From: an uncultured Thermococci archaeon
GTDB lineage: Archaea; Methanobacteriota_B; Thermococci; Thermococcales; CAYNOZ01
DNA: 44,046 nt
Direction of reading: 5' to 3'
Assembly (NCBI GenBank): GCA_964398955.1
Contig: CAYNOZ010000002.1
Location: forward strand, 1,814 to 45,859
Positions 8,464 to 16,491 of this stretch are shown here, piece after piece. The position numbers and the translations under genes are program-made. The notes under the pieces were generated by a model. The model worked only from the letters and a program-made list of their open reading frames with translations. It made no database searches and was not told where the DNA came from. Position 1 is the stretch's first letter, and every line of letters starts with the position of its first letter.

Positions 8464-8636
8464 GCCGTGGTACTGTAGTAAGTAGTAAGATGACAATGTG
8501 ATCATGGATAGGGAATCATCAGGAAACCATGATGTGAACTCGTGGTGAAAGTTACGGGGGCGCATGATGTTAAAGTTGTGATGTAAAACTATCCATGGCT
8601 TGAACCTGTCATTGGCGAAAACTATGGCGCCACGGC
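8464..8636 (+). ncRNA. Candidate structured small RNA, family unknown
   Basis: Three nested helices: 8464-8470/8630-8636 (GCCGTGG/CCACGGC), 8490-8495/8607-8612 and 8503-8509/8591-8597. Three RTGATGT motifs sit at 8529, 8564 and 8578. A T6 run follows at 8639-8644. There is no ORF, and the segment is GC-rich relative to its flanks. Confidence 0.5.
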
Positions 8637-8704
8637 TATTTTTTGTTATTTAAACATTTCTCATTAAAATTTTATTTTATATTGGTTTTAAATTTGTAAT
8701 TCTA

Positions 8705-8786
8705 TTTAGTTTTTTGTTGTGTTTTTAGTTTTGTTATCTTTCATAGTTGGGTAAGACCTCGTCCCTTAGGGCGAGGATACACCCAA
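8705..8786 (+). repeat. Copy 2 of the leader + TTGGGTAAGACC + hairpin module
   Basis: See copy 1. Here the hairpin is at 8757-8776 and is enclosed by an outer helix TTGGGT(8747-8752)/ACCCAA(8781-8786). Confidence 0.6.
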
Positions 8787-9340
8787 GCTAACCTAACAAT
8801 TTTAAAGTTTAAAATCTTATATCTCGGTAATCTTTTAGAGATGGTCTCTCTATCATGGCTGGTCTAAATTGGCAGTAGGTGTCTGCCTTACCAAAAGCAA
8901 GCATGGACCACTTAAAGATAACTCAGAGCCCTGAGAGGGATATGGGTAACGGTTGCGTGGCACAACCATCAACCTACCTGTTCGATAGGACGGCTGGCAC
9001 CTTCCATCCAAAAGAACAGATAAGTTGCAAACCTTAAAAGACCAACCGAGAAGCCCCGACCCTCAGGACGGGGAGGATGTCAACTTCTTCCTCATGGAGG
9101 CTCCGCCCTTTAGGTCGGAGAGGAAATGAGGCAAAAATATTTATACTTTCCGTGAAATTAAATAGTCAAGTTTGGCTATATTTCAGACTGTTTGGAGGCT
9201 CTGCTGGCGGAGCTGTAAGCAATCCGAGTCTGAAAAGAACCTCTGCAATGCAAGTTCTAAGTATCGGAAGTGCAACCTATAAAGTTCCTGTGTCAGGAAC
9301 CCTCTTCCTCTAGGGAGAGGAGGACGTCAGATGTTAATTG
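8746..9340. ncRNA. Large GC-rich structured noncoding region (one or several ncRNAs), family unknown
   Basis: About 600 nt with no credible ORF, in a genome where intergenic DNA is otherwise very AT-rich. Many local helices are visible: 8757-8776, GGCAG/CTGCC 8871-8887, GGTTG/CAACC 8951-8967, CCCCG/CGGGG 9054-9073, CCTCAT/ATGAGG 9090-9131 (enclosing hairpin 9101-9120), TCAGACT/AGTCTGA 9183-9233, GTTCCTG/CAGGAAC 9284-9300, and hairpin 9301-9323. Confidence 0.5.
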
Positions 9341-9385
9341 CCTTTTATAGGGCTGATTTTGAGTGAGTTGGGTGGGGAAGGTGTT

Positions 9386-10036
9386 TTAGTAGCCTAGTTT
9401 TTCTTTTATGATTATTATTGTTGTGTCTGTTCTGGTTGGTTTTCTGTGTTGTATTGTTGTGATTTTACATATTCTATCTTCTGATTTGCAGTTGCTGCAT
9501 TTTCCTGTTTGGGCGCATGGTACGTTTTTATTGAGTCTTTTAGCGTTTTTTGGTGCTGCAACATTTCTTACTCTTTCTATTCCCTTATCCACGTTTTCCA
9601 CGATCTTATTTATTCCTGCGACTATTATTACTTGATCTGGTCCGAATATCATGGAAGCTACTCTTTGTCCTGTGCTATCAATGTTTATTAATTCCCCTGT
9701 CTCAGTTAGGGCATTTGTGCTGGAGATGAAAACATCTGATGTTAGCTGGTTCTTCCTTACTTGGTTCATTTCTTCGCCTTTGAGACCGCTCATCTTTGCT
9801 TTTCTATTATCCGCCACCTCATATCCTTCATCGATTAGAATATCGGATAAACCAATATCTTCTACTGTTACTGAATCCCCAATCCCAATTCTAGCCTTAT
9901 CCGGAATTAAATCCATTATTTTAGAGACCGATTCTTCTTTATTAGAAACAGAAAAGGCTTTAAAATCATTTTTACGAAAACTTTCCACTGCTCTACCTAC
10001 CTTAGTATCTGAATACCATCTTTCCTCATCCCTCAA
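9386..10036 (-). CDS. LUD (DUF162, LutC/YkgG-like) domain protein
   Basis: VIIVAGINKIVENVDKGIERVRNVAAPKNAKRLN and a Cys-rich C-terminus (CAQTGKCSNCKSEDRIC). The start is uncertain: TTG at 10036 (MRDEERWY) fits the family N-terminus, but the open frame extends to 10144. Confidence 0.75.
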   Translation of the reverse strand: MRDEERWYSDTKVGRAVESFRKNDFKAFSVSNKEESVSKIMDLIPDKARIGIGDSVTVEDIGLSDILIDEGYEVADNRKAKMSGLKGEEMNQVRKNQLTSDVFISSTNALTETGELINIDSTGQRVASMIFGPDQVIIVAGINKIVENVDKGIERVRNVAAPKNAKRLNKNVPCAQTGKCSNCKSEDRICKITTIQHRKPTRTDTTIIIIKEKLGY

Positions 10037-10453
10037 AAACCAACACCACCCAAAATAATTAATAAATAAGAATAAGTTTTTCGGATCCCATGACACATTA
10101 ACGCTAAACTTGAAATAGAAAAAATTAGAATCAACTATTAACAATTATTGATAGATAAGTAATTCAATAATTTTGAGTTTAAACAATTATTATGTGTTTA
10201 ATTTAAATTGATTTGATGTGATTGTTCAAGAATATAATTTAATGTTTATTATAGTTCAGGTTATTCTCTAAAAACTAAAAATAATAATTTTAATTACTAA
10301 TAAATATGGTGGTTGACTGAGGCAAGTTTTATAAGGTACTTATCCTTATATAAGACAGATGTACAAAGATCAATTAAAACAGAATCAATCAAATTTCATA
10401 AAAATTTATTCTAAAAACCTAAAATCCACAATTAAAAAAGATTGGGGATTCCA

Positions 10454-12040
10454 ATGAAAATCCGAAAATTGAGGAACCAAGAACGAGGAGTAAGTGTAAT
10501 ACTAGGAGCAATTCTACTAATGGGAATACTAATACTAACCTTCCCAATAATCTACCACCAACACGTAAAAAGCAACATGATAGACAACGAAGAAGCACAA
10601 ATGGAAAACGTAAAAGAACAATTCCTCGAACTCCAATCAAAAATAAGCTACATGGAAGGACCAAACGACAACGGACAAACCAAAATACCCATGAGCGCAG
10701 AATCAGTACCACTATTCCCAGGACAAAGCCCAGCAGGAACAATAACAACAATCAAAGGTAACGGAATACCAACAGATATAGGTGGAGACCCTAATACAAA
10801 AGTTTACAAAATCAATACAGGATCAATTAAATTTCAAGGAAGAAACCTATTCTACCCAGATCAGAATTACATCCTCGAGGCAGGTCACGTAATCCTAGAA
10901 CAAGACGGAAAAAGCATAATGATATCACCAAACGAAGATCTAATAACATACTCAAACAATTCAAACGAAAACAAATTAGAAATAAAATACCCATACCTAA
11001 ACAAAACAAAGTCAATCTCCTCAACCAGCACAGAAACAATAACCCTAAAATGGGGAGGAAGAAAACGATACCCACAAAACAAAGAACTAATAAAAACCAA
11101 TCAAACCCTTAAATTCACCTTCATAACAGACCACATAAAAGCATGGGAAACCTATCTACAAGCAAAAGATGACAATATCACCAACATAGACTTTGAAGTA
11201 AATAAAACTGCTGACAGAGTTTACATCCAAACACCAGATGACGCAAACTTCACATACTATGCCTCATCCACCGAACTAGGAGGAGAAGTAAAAGAACCAA
11301 TCGTAGAAACCAAAGGATTTGATGAAGAGAAAGTGAACTATAACTCCGCTGTCCTAAACATGAGTTATAACTTCAAAGACTATAGTGAAGGAGAAATCAG
11401 ATTCCAATACAGAGAAATACCAAATGGAACTTGGGGTTCAAGTGGATGGGAAACACAATATGGAACTAATTCCACTTATTCTAGACTAATTTCAGGCCTT
11501 AAACCAGATACAGAATATATATACAGAGCTCAAATAAAATACAACTCCAAAACCAAAAAAGGAGAAATTAAAGGCCCATTCGAAACAGAAACAATACCTG
11601 AATATGGAATAGGGAATGAAACCGGAAACGGAACCGCAGACACCATAATAATGCCAACAAGACAAGATGTTGTCTATCTACAAGATTCCAATTGGGATGA
11701 ACCTACATTAAAGTTGACTCTGAATAATACTTATGAAAGCTCTGTAAATATTACTAAGTCGAGGGTAGCTTTCTATTCATTAGCATCCCCCGGAGGTGAT
11801 AGTATAGAATCAAAATGGGGTAGCAATATTACCAACTCTAGTGGAACAGATCTACAACATAAAATTGGAGGGGATTTTCAACCGACGGAGAATGATGGAG
11901 AGATTCTGCCTGATGAAAACACAAAAATTGAAATATACCTAGATGCTGATAACAACAACTACAATGCATGGATTATGTATCAATTCAAGATTGATCCAGG
12001 AGGATATTATTCATTATTCGTAAGCTTCACCGATAAATAA
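10454..12040 (+). CDS. Large archaeal type IV pilin-like protein (class III signal peptide, Pilin_N type) with a possible beta-sandwich/FN3-like module
   Basis: The N-terminus is MKIRKLRNQERG|VSVILGAILLMGILILTF: a basic stretch, Gly, then a hydrophobic helix. The middle segment TEYIYRAQIKYNSKTKKGEIKGPFETET looks FN3-like. The ATG at 10454 is preferred over the TTG at 10442. Confidence 0.75.
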   Translation: MKIRKLRNQERGVSVILGAILLMGILILTFPIIYHQHVKSNMIDNEEAQMENVKEQFLELQSKISYMEGPNDNGQTKIPMSAESVPLFPGQSPAGTITTIKGNGIPTDIGGDPNTKVYKINTGSIKFQGRNLFYPDQNYILEAGHVILEQDGKSIMISPNEDLITYSNNSNENKLEIKYPYLNKTKSISSTSTETITLKWGGRKRYPQNKELIKTNQTLKFTFITDHIKAWETYLQAKDDNITNIDFEVNKTADRVYIQTPDDANFTYYASSTELGGEVKEPIVETKGFDEEKVNYNSAVLNMSYNFKDYSEGEIRFQYREIPNGTWGSSGWETQYGTNSTYSRLISGLKPDTEYIYRAQIKYNSKTKKGEIKGPFETETIPEYGIGNETGNGTADTIIMPTRQDVVYLQDSNWDEPTLKLTLNNTYESSVNITKSRVAFYSLASPGGDSIESKWGSNITNSSGTDLQHKIGGDFQPTENDGEILPDENTKIEIYLDADNNNYNAWIMYQFKIDPGGYYSLFVSFTDK

Positions 12041-12148
12041 GGAGAAGGGTAACAATCCTCCAGGCCAATTCAGTAATGATTAACGATAAAATTTGATTCT
12101 GAAATTTTTGAGTTAATCATTCTTACCAAGTACAATTAAATAGAATGA

Positions 12149-12215
12149 GGTTATCTTACCAAACAATTCATCTTATTTTTAGGTATATTTGTTAGGTAAG
12201 ATCTTTTTTTCTCTT
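12149..12215 (+). terminator. Long hairpin followed by a T-run, downstream of the pilin-like gene
   Basis: 12153-12165 pairs with 12190-12202 (12 bp, one mismatch, built from TCTTACC/GGTAAGA arms). It is followed by tttttttctcttttt. Confidence 0.45.
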
Positions 12216-12506
12216 TTTGGAACTATGATCCCTGGTATTCATTGAAAAATTAATCCACCCTATTATAATCAGAGGTGTTACTCAATTACAATAGAATTAA
12301 ATTAGAACCAAATTTTTTTAATACTAAATACTTTGATAGCCTTTTGTTTGATTTTTGGTTTAAAGGAGACAAACAACTCATAAAAACAAAAGTTAGTTCT
12401 AACCTACTATGTTTCTGAACATGGTCTTAAATAGACGAGTTGAATAACATTACTTGAAGAATTTTTGCCGAAAACCTTTAAGTTTTTTCATGATAGATTT
12501 AGATAT

Positions 12507-13271
12507 ATGCTGGTTTCAGATATTTTCATGATGATTGTTTTATTAACTGGAATTTTAATTGCTTTATATACTGATTTATCAGATTTGAAGGGGGGTTTTA
12601 TTCCTGATAAGTTAACTTATACTTTGATCTTTTTTGGTGTAATTTTTCATTTGTTGTTAAGCGTATTTTTGGGGGCTTTTGATCCTGTTTTGTTTAGTGT
12701 GTCTGGAGCAGTTCTTGGGTTTTTGTTGGGGTTTGTTCTTTACTTTGTTGGGTTGGTTGGAGGTGGTGATTTGAAGTTATTGATTGCAATTGGAGCTTTG
12801 ATGCCTAACTCACCTACTCCTATTGTTGATGGGTTGGTTCCTTTATCTAGTTATCCTTTTTCGGTTGTTGTGGTTCTTTTGAATGGTATTTTGTTGGAGG
12901 CTCCTTTTGTGCTTGTTTTTGTTGTTTATTGTTTGGTTAGTGGTAAGAGTATTTTTTCTAGGGAGGTTTTGATTTCTGATTTGGAGGGTTTGGAGATTCC
13001 TGATGAGGCGGTTTATAAAAAGAATGGGGTTGTTAGTGTTGGTGATGATCTTCCTGATGATGTTGATGAGGTTTTTGCTGATCCTTCTGATTTGGGTGGG
13101 TTGTGTGAGGATGATATTGTGAAATTAGAGGAGTTGAGGGATTGTGGTGATATTGGTTCTAGTATTAGGGTTAAGAGGTCTTATCCTTTTGTTCCTGTTA
13201 TTGCTGCTGGTGTTTTTTCTATGGTTTTGTTCGGGAATTTGTATTGGAATTTTTTGATGTTATTTTTGTAA
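12507..13271 (+). CDS. Archaeal prepilin/preflagellin peptidase (A24 family, FlaK/PibD-like)
   Basis: Polytopic membrane protein with two catalytic Asp contexts: YTDLSDLKGGFIPD and GGGDLKLLIAIGA. The ATG at 12507 is preferred over the upstream TTG at 12465. Confidence 0.8.
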   Translation: MLVSDIFMMIVLLTGILIALYTDLSDLKGGFIPDKLTYTLIFFGVIFHLLLSVFLGAFDPVLFSVSGAVLGFLLGFVLYFVGLVGGGDLKLLIAIGALMPNSPTPIVDGLVPLSSYPFSVVVVLLNGILLEAPFVLVFVVYCLVSGKSIFSREVLISDLEGLEIPDEAVYKKNGVVSVGDDLPDDVDEVFADPSDLGGLCEDDIVKLEELRDCGDIGSSIRVKRSYPFVPVIAAGVFSMVLFGNLYWNFLMLFL

Positions 13272-13382
13272 AAATTGTTTTGGTTTTATTTGGGTTTTTT
13301 ATGTAATTTGATTTATTGTTATTTGTGGTTTTTTTTAGTGTTTTTGGTTGTTTTTTGGTTATTGTTTTCTTTTTTTGTTTGG

Positions 13383-13577
13383 TTATTGGTTTTGTTCCAT
13401 TTTTATTTTTCCTAGTGTTTTGTGGAATATCCAGACTCCTACTAGGAATGAGAGGCTTGATAGGGATGCTGATATTTCGTCTCCTGTCATTGCCCATGTT
13501 ATTGTGTAGTATAGGATTGGTGATAGTATTGTCACTGTCATGATGTATAGTATTAGTATTTTTATGAAGACGTTCAT
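13383..13577 (-). CDS. Possible small two-TM membrane protein
   Basis: 64-aa ORF, 54 nt downstream of the MinD-like gene on the same strand, with the same A/C-ending codon style. It competes with a low-complexity plus-strand ORF (13316-13543). Confidence 0.3.
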   Translation of the reverse strand: MNVFIKILILYIMTVTILSPILYYTITWAMTGDEISASLSSLSFLVGVWIFHKTLGKIKMEQNQ

Positions 13578-13631
13578 TTTGATCCCTTTCTTTTTTGTTG
13601 TTTTTTGTTTATGGGTTGCTGGGTGTTGTTT

Positions 13632-14408
13632 TTATTCTTTGTTTTGGTTTTTTTCTTCTTGTTTTTCTGGTTCTTTGGTTTTGGTTGTTATTTGTTCTGT
13701 TATGTTTTTTATTGCTTTGGTTGCTTTTGATCCTTCTTTGTATTGGATGAGAGGTTTTTGTAGTTCTGTGCTTTTTCTTACGTTTTTGTCGTGTGGTATT
13801 TTTCCTAGGTTGTTTGTTCCTAGTCTTCCTTGTATTTCTTTTTCGCTCATTTGGGTTTCTTCTCCGAATATTCTTGAGAAGAATCCTTTTTCTTTCCATT
13901 TGTTTAGTATGTATCCTTTTAGTTCTTTTTCAAGTACGTTTCCTACTCTTTGTGTGTTTTCGGCTGATGATACTGATGCTTCGTCTGGTGTTGTTACTAT
14001 TATTAATTGGTCTGATATTTCTATTGGTGTTATTGAGTTTTTGCTTATTCCGGGTGGTGTATCCATTATGATGTAGTCATATTCTTTGTCTAAGTCATTT
14101 ATTACGTTTTGAATTTTTTTTGTATCTATTTTTAGAAATTTCCTTAGTGAGCTTTCTGCTGGTAATATATCAACGTTTTTTGAGTAATTTTTTTTAACGT
14201 TTTCTATTGTTTCTTTTCCTGATAGTAATTCCATTAAAGTTGGATTAGAGTTTTTCATACCTAGGTATTGGCCAAGATTGCCTGATGAAAGATCAGTATC
14301 AACAATACAAACCTTTTTATCTTTTTTTGCTAGAGCTATGCCTAAATTGGCGGAAATGAAGGTTTTACCAACTCCTCCTTTCCCAGATACGACCGATATT
14401 TTTGTAAT
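13632..14408 (-). CDS. MinD/ParA-family P-loop ATPase (N-terminus lacks a canonical start codon)
   Basis: The ORF-track call starts at 14258, but the in-frame upstream sequence encodes ITKISVVSGKGGVGKTFISANLGIALAKKDKKVCIVDTDL, a deviant Walker A. There is no ATG, GTG or TTG between the upstream stop (14438) and the Walker A. See the finding for details. Confidence 0.8.
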   Translation of the reverse strand: MTKISVVSGKGGVGKTFISANLGIALAKKDKKVCIVDTDLSSGNLGQYLGMKNSNPTLMELLSGKETIENVKKNYSKNVDILPAESSLRKFLKIDTKKIQNVINDLDKEYDYIIMDTPPGISKNSITPIEISDQLIIVTTPDEASVSSAENTQRVGNVLEKELKGYILNKWKEKGFFSRIFGEETQMSEKEIQGRLGTNNLGKIPHDKNVRKSTELQKPLIQYKEGSKATKAIKNITEQITTKTKEPEKQEEKNQNKE

Positions 14409-14649
14409 GTTTAAACCCCCAAATGATTTTTTTAATCATGCTTATTTTATTTTGAATTTATTAATAGAACCAAGTTTTATTTCTAGTTTCTTTAATATGA
14501 TCTTATAGTATAATTTAAAGTTAATTTTTAAATATTTAATGTATTATTATTAAGTTTTCTATTATTTTCTAAATTTTCAGTAATTTGATTTTTTATTTTA
14601 GCCATTTCTCGGTTTGTTCTTTTTTGTTTTGGTTTTTTTGGTTTATTTT

Positions 14650-16491
14650 TTAGAATCCTAGGAATGTGAAGAAGGCCCATGCTATGGTTAGCATTATTAG
14701 GGAAAATTTTAATCCTGCGTATGGTGTTCCTCTTTTCATCATTCCGGCAAGTATTCCTGAAAAGAATCCTTGTATTAGTGATGCTCGGAAGAAGACTGTT
14801 TCGATTAGTGCTGGTTCTATTCCTCCTATTTGTCCTAATGCTTGTCCGCCTGATGCTGTTTGTGATTCTGACATGCGTGACATTAAGGGTACTAGTGAGT
14901 TTGCTATGTTGTATGCTGTTAGTAGGAAGATTCCGAATGTTAGGAAGACTATTATTGCATAGGTAGTTGTTACGTTATTTCTTTCTATTTGTAGGTTTCT
15001 TTCTGTTTCCACGTCTCTTGCTAGGACTTCTAGTATTTCGCTTGTTTCTGATGCTACTTCTGATGTTTTTTTGATTAGTGACATTACTCTGCTTATCATT
15101 CTTATTTCTATTCTATTTGCTGATCTTTGAAAGGCTTCTGTGACTGAGTTTCCCCATTCAATGTCTTTTCTTATGTTTTGTATTTCTTTTCCTAGTATTC
15201 CGTATTTTTCTGGTTTCATTATTGTTAGGGCTTTGAAAGGGGATAATCCTGACTTTAGTAGGTCGGAGAAGGAGTATAAGAAGTCAGGTGCTAAATTAAT
15301 CATTTCTCCTTCTCTTCTGCTCTTTATTTCAAATAGGATTGATACAGGTGTTAAAGATACTATGGCAAAGGCTGTGATCAATGTTTCGATTCTTAAAGTT
15401 AAAAATTGGAATAATAGTAAAGTTATTATAGAAGCTATTGGTAATGATATCCAGAGTGAGTGTGGTGGGCTCATTATCAAGCTTTCTACGCTGCCTAGTT
15501 TTTCCATTGATTCTGTCACATTTTCTTGGACTGCTTGTTGGAAGGATTTATTTTCTTCAGGAGTTGGTTCGTTCTCTCCAAATTCCGTTCTTGACTGCAT
15601 ATCTAAGATTACTATGAATATACCTGTTCCAAATGGTATTCCAACGTAAACTATTAGGTAAAGTATATTTGTTCTAAATGGCCCCATCATTCCGAATAAT
15701 ATGAGCATTATTACTCCGAATATAGGTCCTAATCCTAGGCTGGTTACGTATACTTCTGAGAGTATTCCTAAAAATTCAAGATTTCTTTCTTGTTTTTCTT
15801 TTGCTTCATCGTAATATTCGTTTGATCTTCTACGCAGAAATTCGCTTTTATTAGTACCTGTCTCTATAACGGAGGCGAAAGATGTTAAAAAGTCTTCAAA
15901 TTCTTCTGATGGTGTCGTTTCGGCTACATCTTCCATCGCGTCTGTTGGACTATACCCTAAAACCTTAGAATTTCTTGCTATTGCTCCAGCTTCTCTTGAT
16001 ATTTCTCCGTACTCAGTTTGTTCGCTGAGAGAATCGAAGATCTCTATAGGTTCGAATCCTCCTTTACTTAAAGCAAGCATATAAGCTGTTGCATGCGGTA
16101 ACATGTCCTCAATTCCCTTTTCACGATTAGAAGCGCTGATTTGAGGGTAGAACATGAATACTAGATACATTGCAGAACCTAAAATAGTACCAATAATTAT
16201 TGCAGCTATTATATACAGAAATTCAACCATGCCCTTACTTAGATAACCAATGCCCAAATTTATTGGCAATTTTACATAATCTAACATAGCAGGTCCTACA
16301 AAAAAGTATAAAAGTAGGAATGATACTGGAACCATTACAAAGGCTAAAACTAATGAATAAAAAATTGCTTTAGCAGCGTATTTATGAGGGGATCGGGAAA
16401 CTCTCATACTACGTAGATTTGTTTCAAGCTCAGAATATTCTCTATCCTGAATTTTTTTTCTTATAAACTCGATTGGATCCATTCTTAACAC
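14650..16491 (-). CDS. flaJ: FlaJ/ArlJ (TadC/PilC-like) polytopic membrane platform protein
   Basis: 613 aa with two T2SSF-like repeats and multiple TM segments, directly downstream of FlaI. Start is GTG at 16491 or ATG at 16482. Confidence 0.85.
   Translation of the reverse strand: MLRMDPIEFIRKKIQDREYSELETNLRSMRVSRSPHKYAAKAIFYSLVLAFVMVPVSFLLLYFFVGPAMLDYVKLPINLGIGYLSKGMVEFLYIIAAIIIGTILGSAMYLVFMFYPQISASNREKGIEDMLPHATAYMLALSKGGFEPIEIFDSLSEQTEYGEISREAGAIARNSKVLGYSPTDAMEDVAETTPSEEFEDFLTSFASVIETGTNKSEFLRRRSNEYYDEAKEKQERNLEFLGILSEVYVTSLGLGPIFGVIMLILFGMMGPFRTNILYLIVYVGIPFGTGIFIVILDMQSRTEFGENEPTPEENKSFQQAVQENVTESMEKLGSVESLIMSPPHSLWISLPIASIITLLLFQFLTLRIETLITAFAIVSLTPVSILFEIKSRREGEMINLAPDFLYSFSDLLKSGLSPFKALTIMKPEKYGILGKEIQNIRKDIEWGNSVTEAFQRSANRIEIRMISRVMSLIKKTSEVASETSEILEVLARDVETERNLQIERNNVTTTYAIIVFLTFGIFLLTAYNIANSLVPLMSRMSESQTASGGQALGQIGGIEPALIETVFFRASLIQGFFSGILAGMMKRGTPYAGLKFSLIMLTIAWAFFTFLGF

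Noticed and set aside
8514-8524. Hammerhead-like CUGAUGA on the minus strand of the small RNA candidate
   Set aside because: No downstream stem II plus GAAA core and no matching stem I/III. It is only the complement of one arm of a plus-strand hairpin.
9077-9313. 78-aa plus-strand ORF inside the GC-rich block
   Set aside because: The sequence is Ser/Gly/Leu-rich and not protein-like. The frame is made of consecutive hairpin arms, so an RNA interpretation is preferred.
8746-9340. Calling the large structured block RNase P RNA, SRP RNA, a group II intron or rRNA
   Set aside because: There is no GGAAAGUCC-type P4 strand on either strand, no GGAAG(G)GAGCA helix-8 motif, no domain-V-like AGC hairpin, and no rRNA termini. 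A GGGUAACG / GGCACAAC similarity to the RNase P P8-P9 region exists, but other motifs are in the wrong order.
10419-11100. Minus-strand ORFs 10419-10751, 10827-11075 and 10885-11100 (Leu/Phe/Cys/Arg-rich)
   Set aside because: They are antisense to the pilin-like gene within an extreme A/C-skew patch. The skew removes stop codons on the opposite strand.
13540-14076. Plus-strand ORFs 13540-14076 and 13793-14071, and minus-strand ORFs 13219-13497 and 13609-13899 (poly-K/R/N/T)
   Set aside because: These are low-complexity translations produced by the G/T-only composition. They overlap the well-supported MinD-like gene or the spacer.
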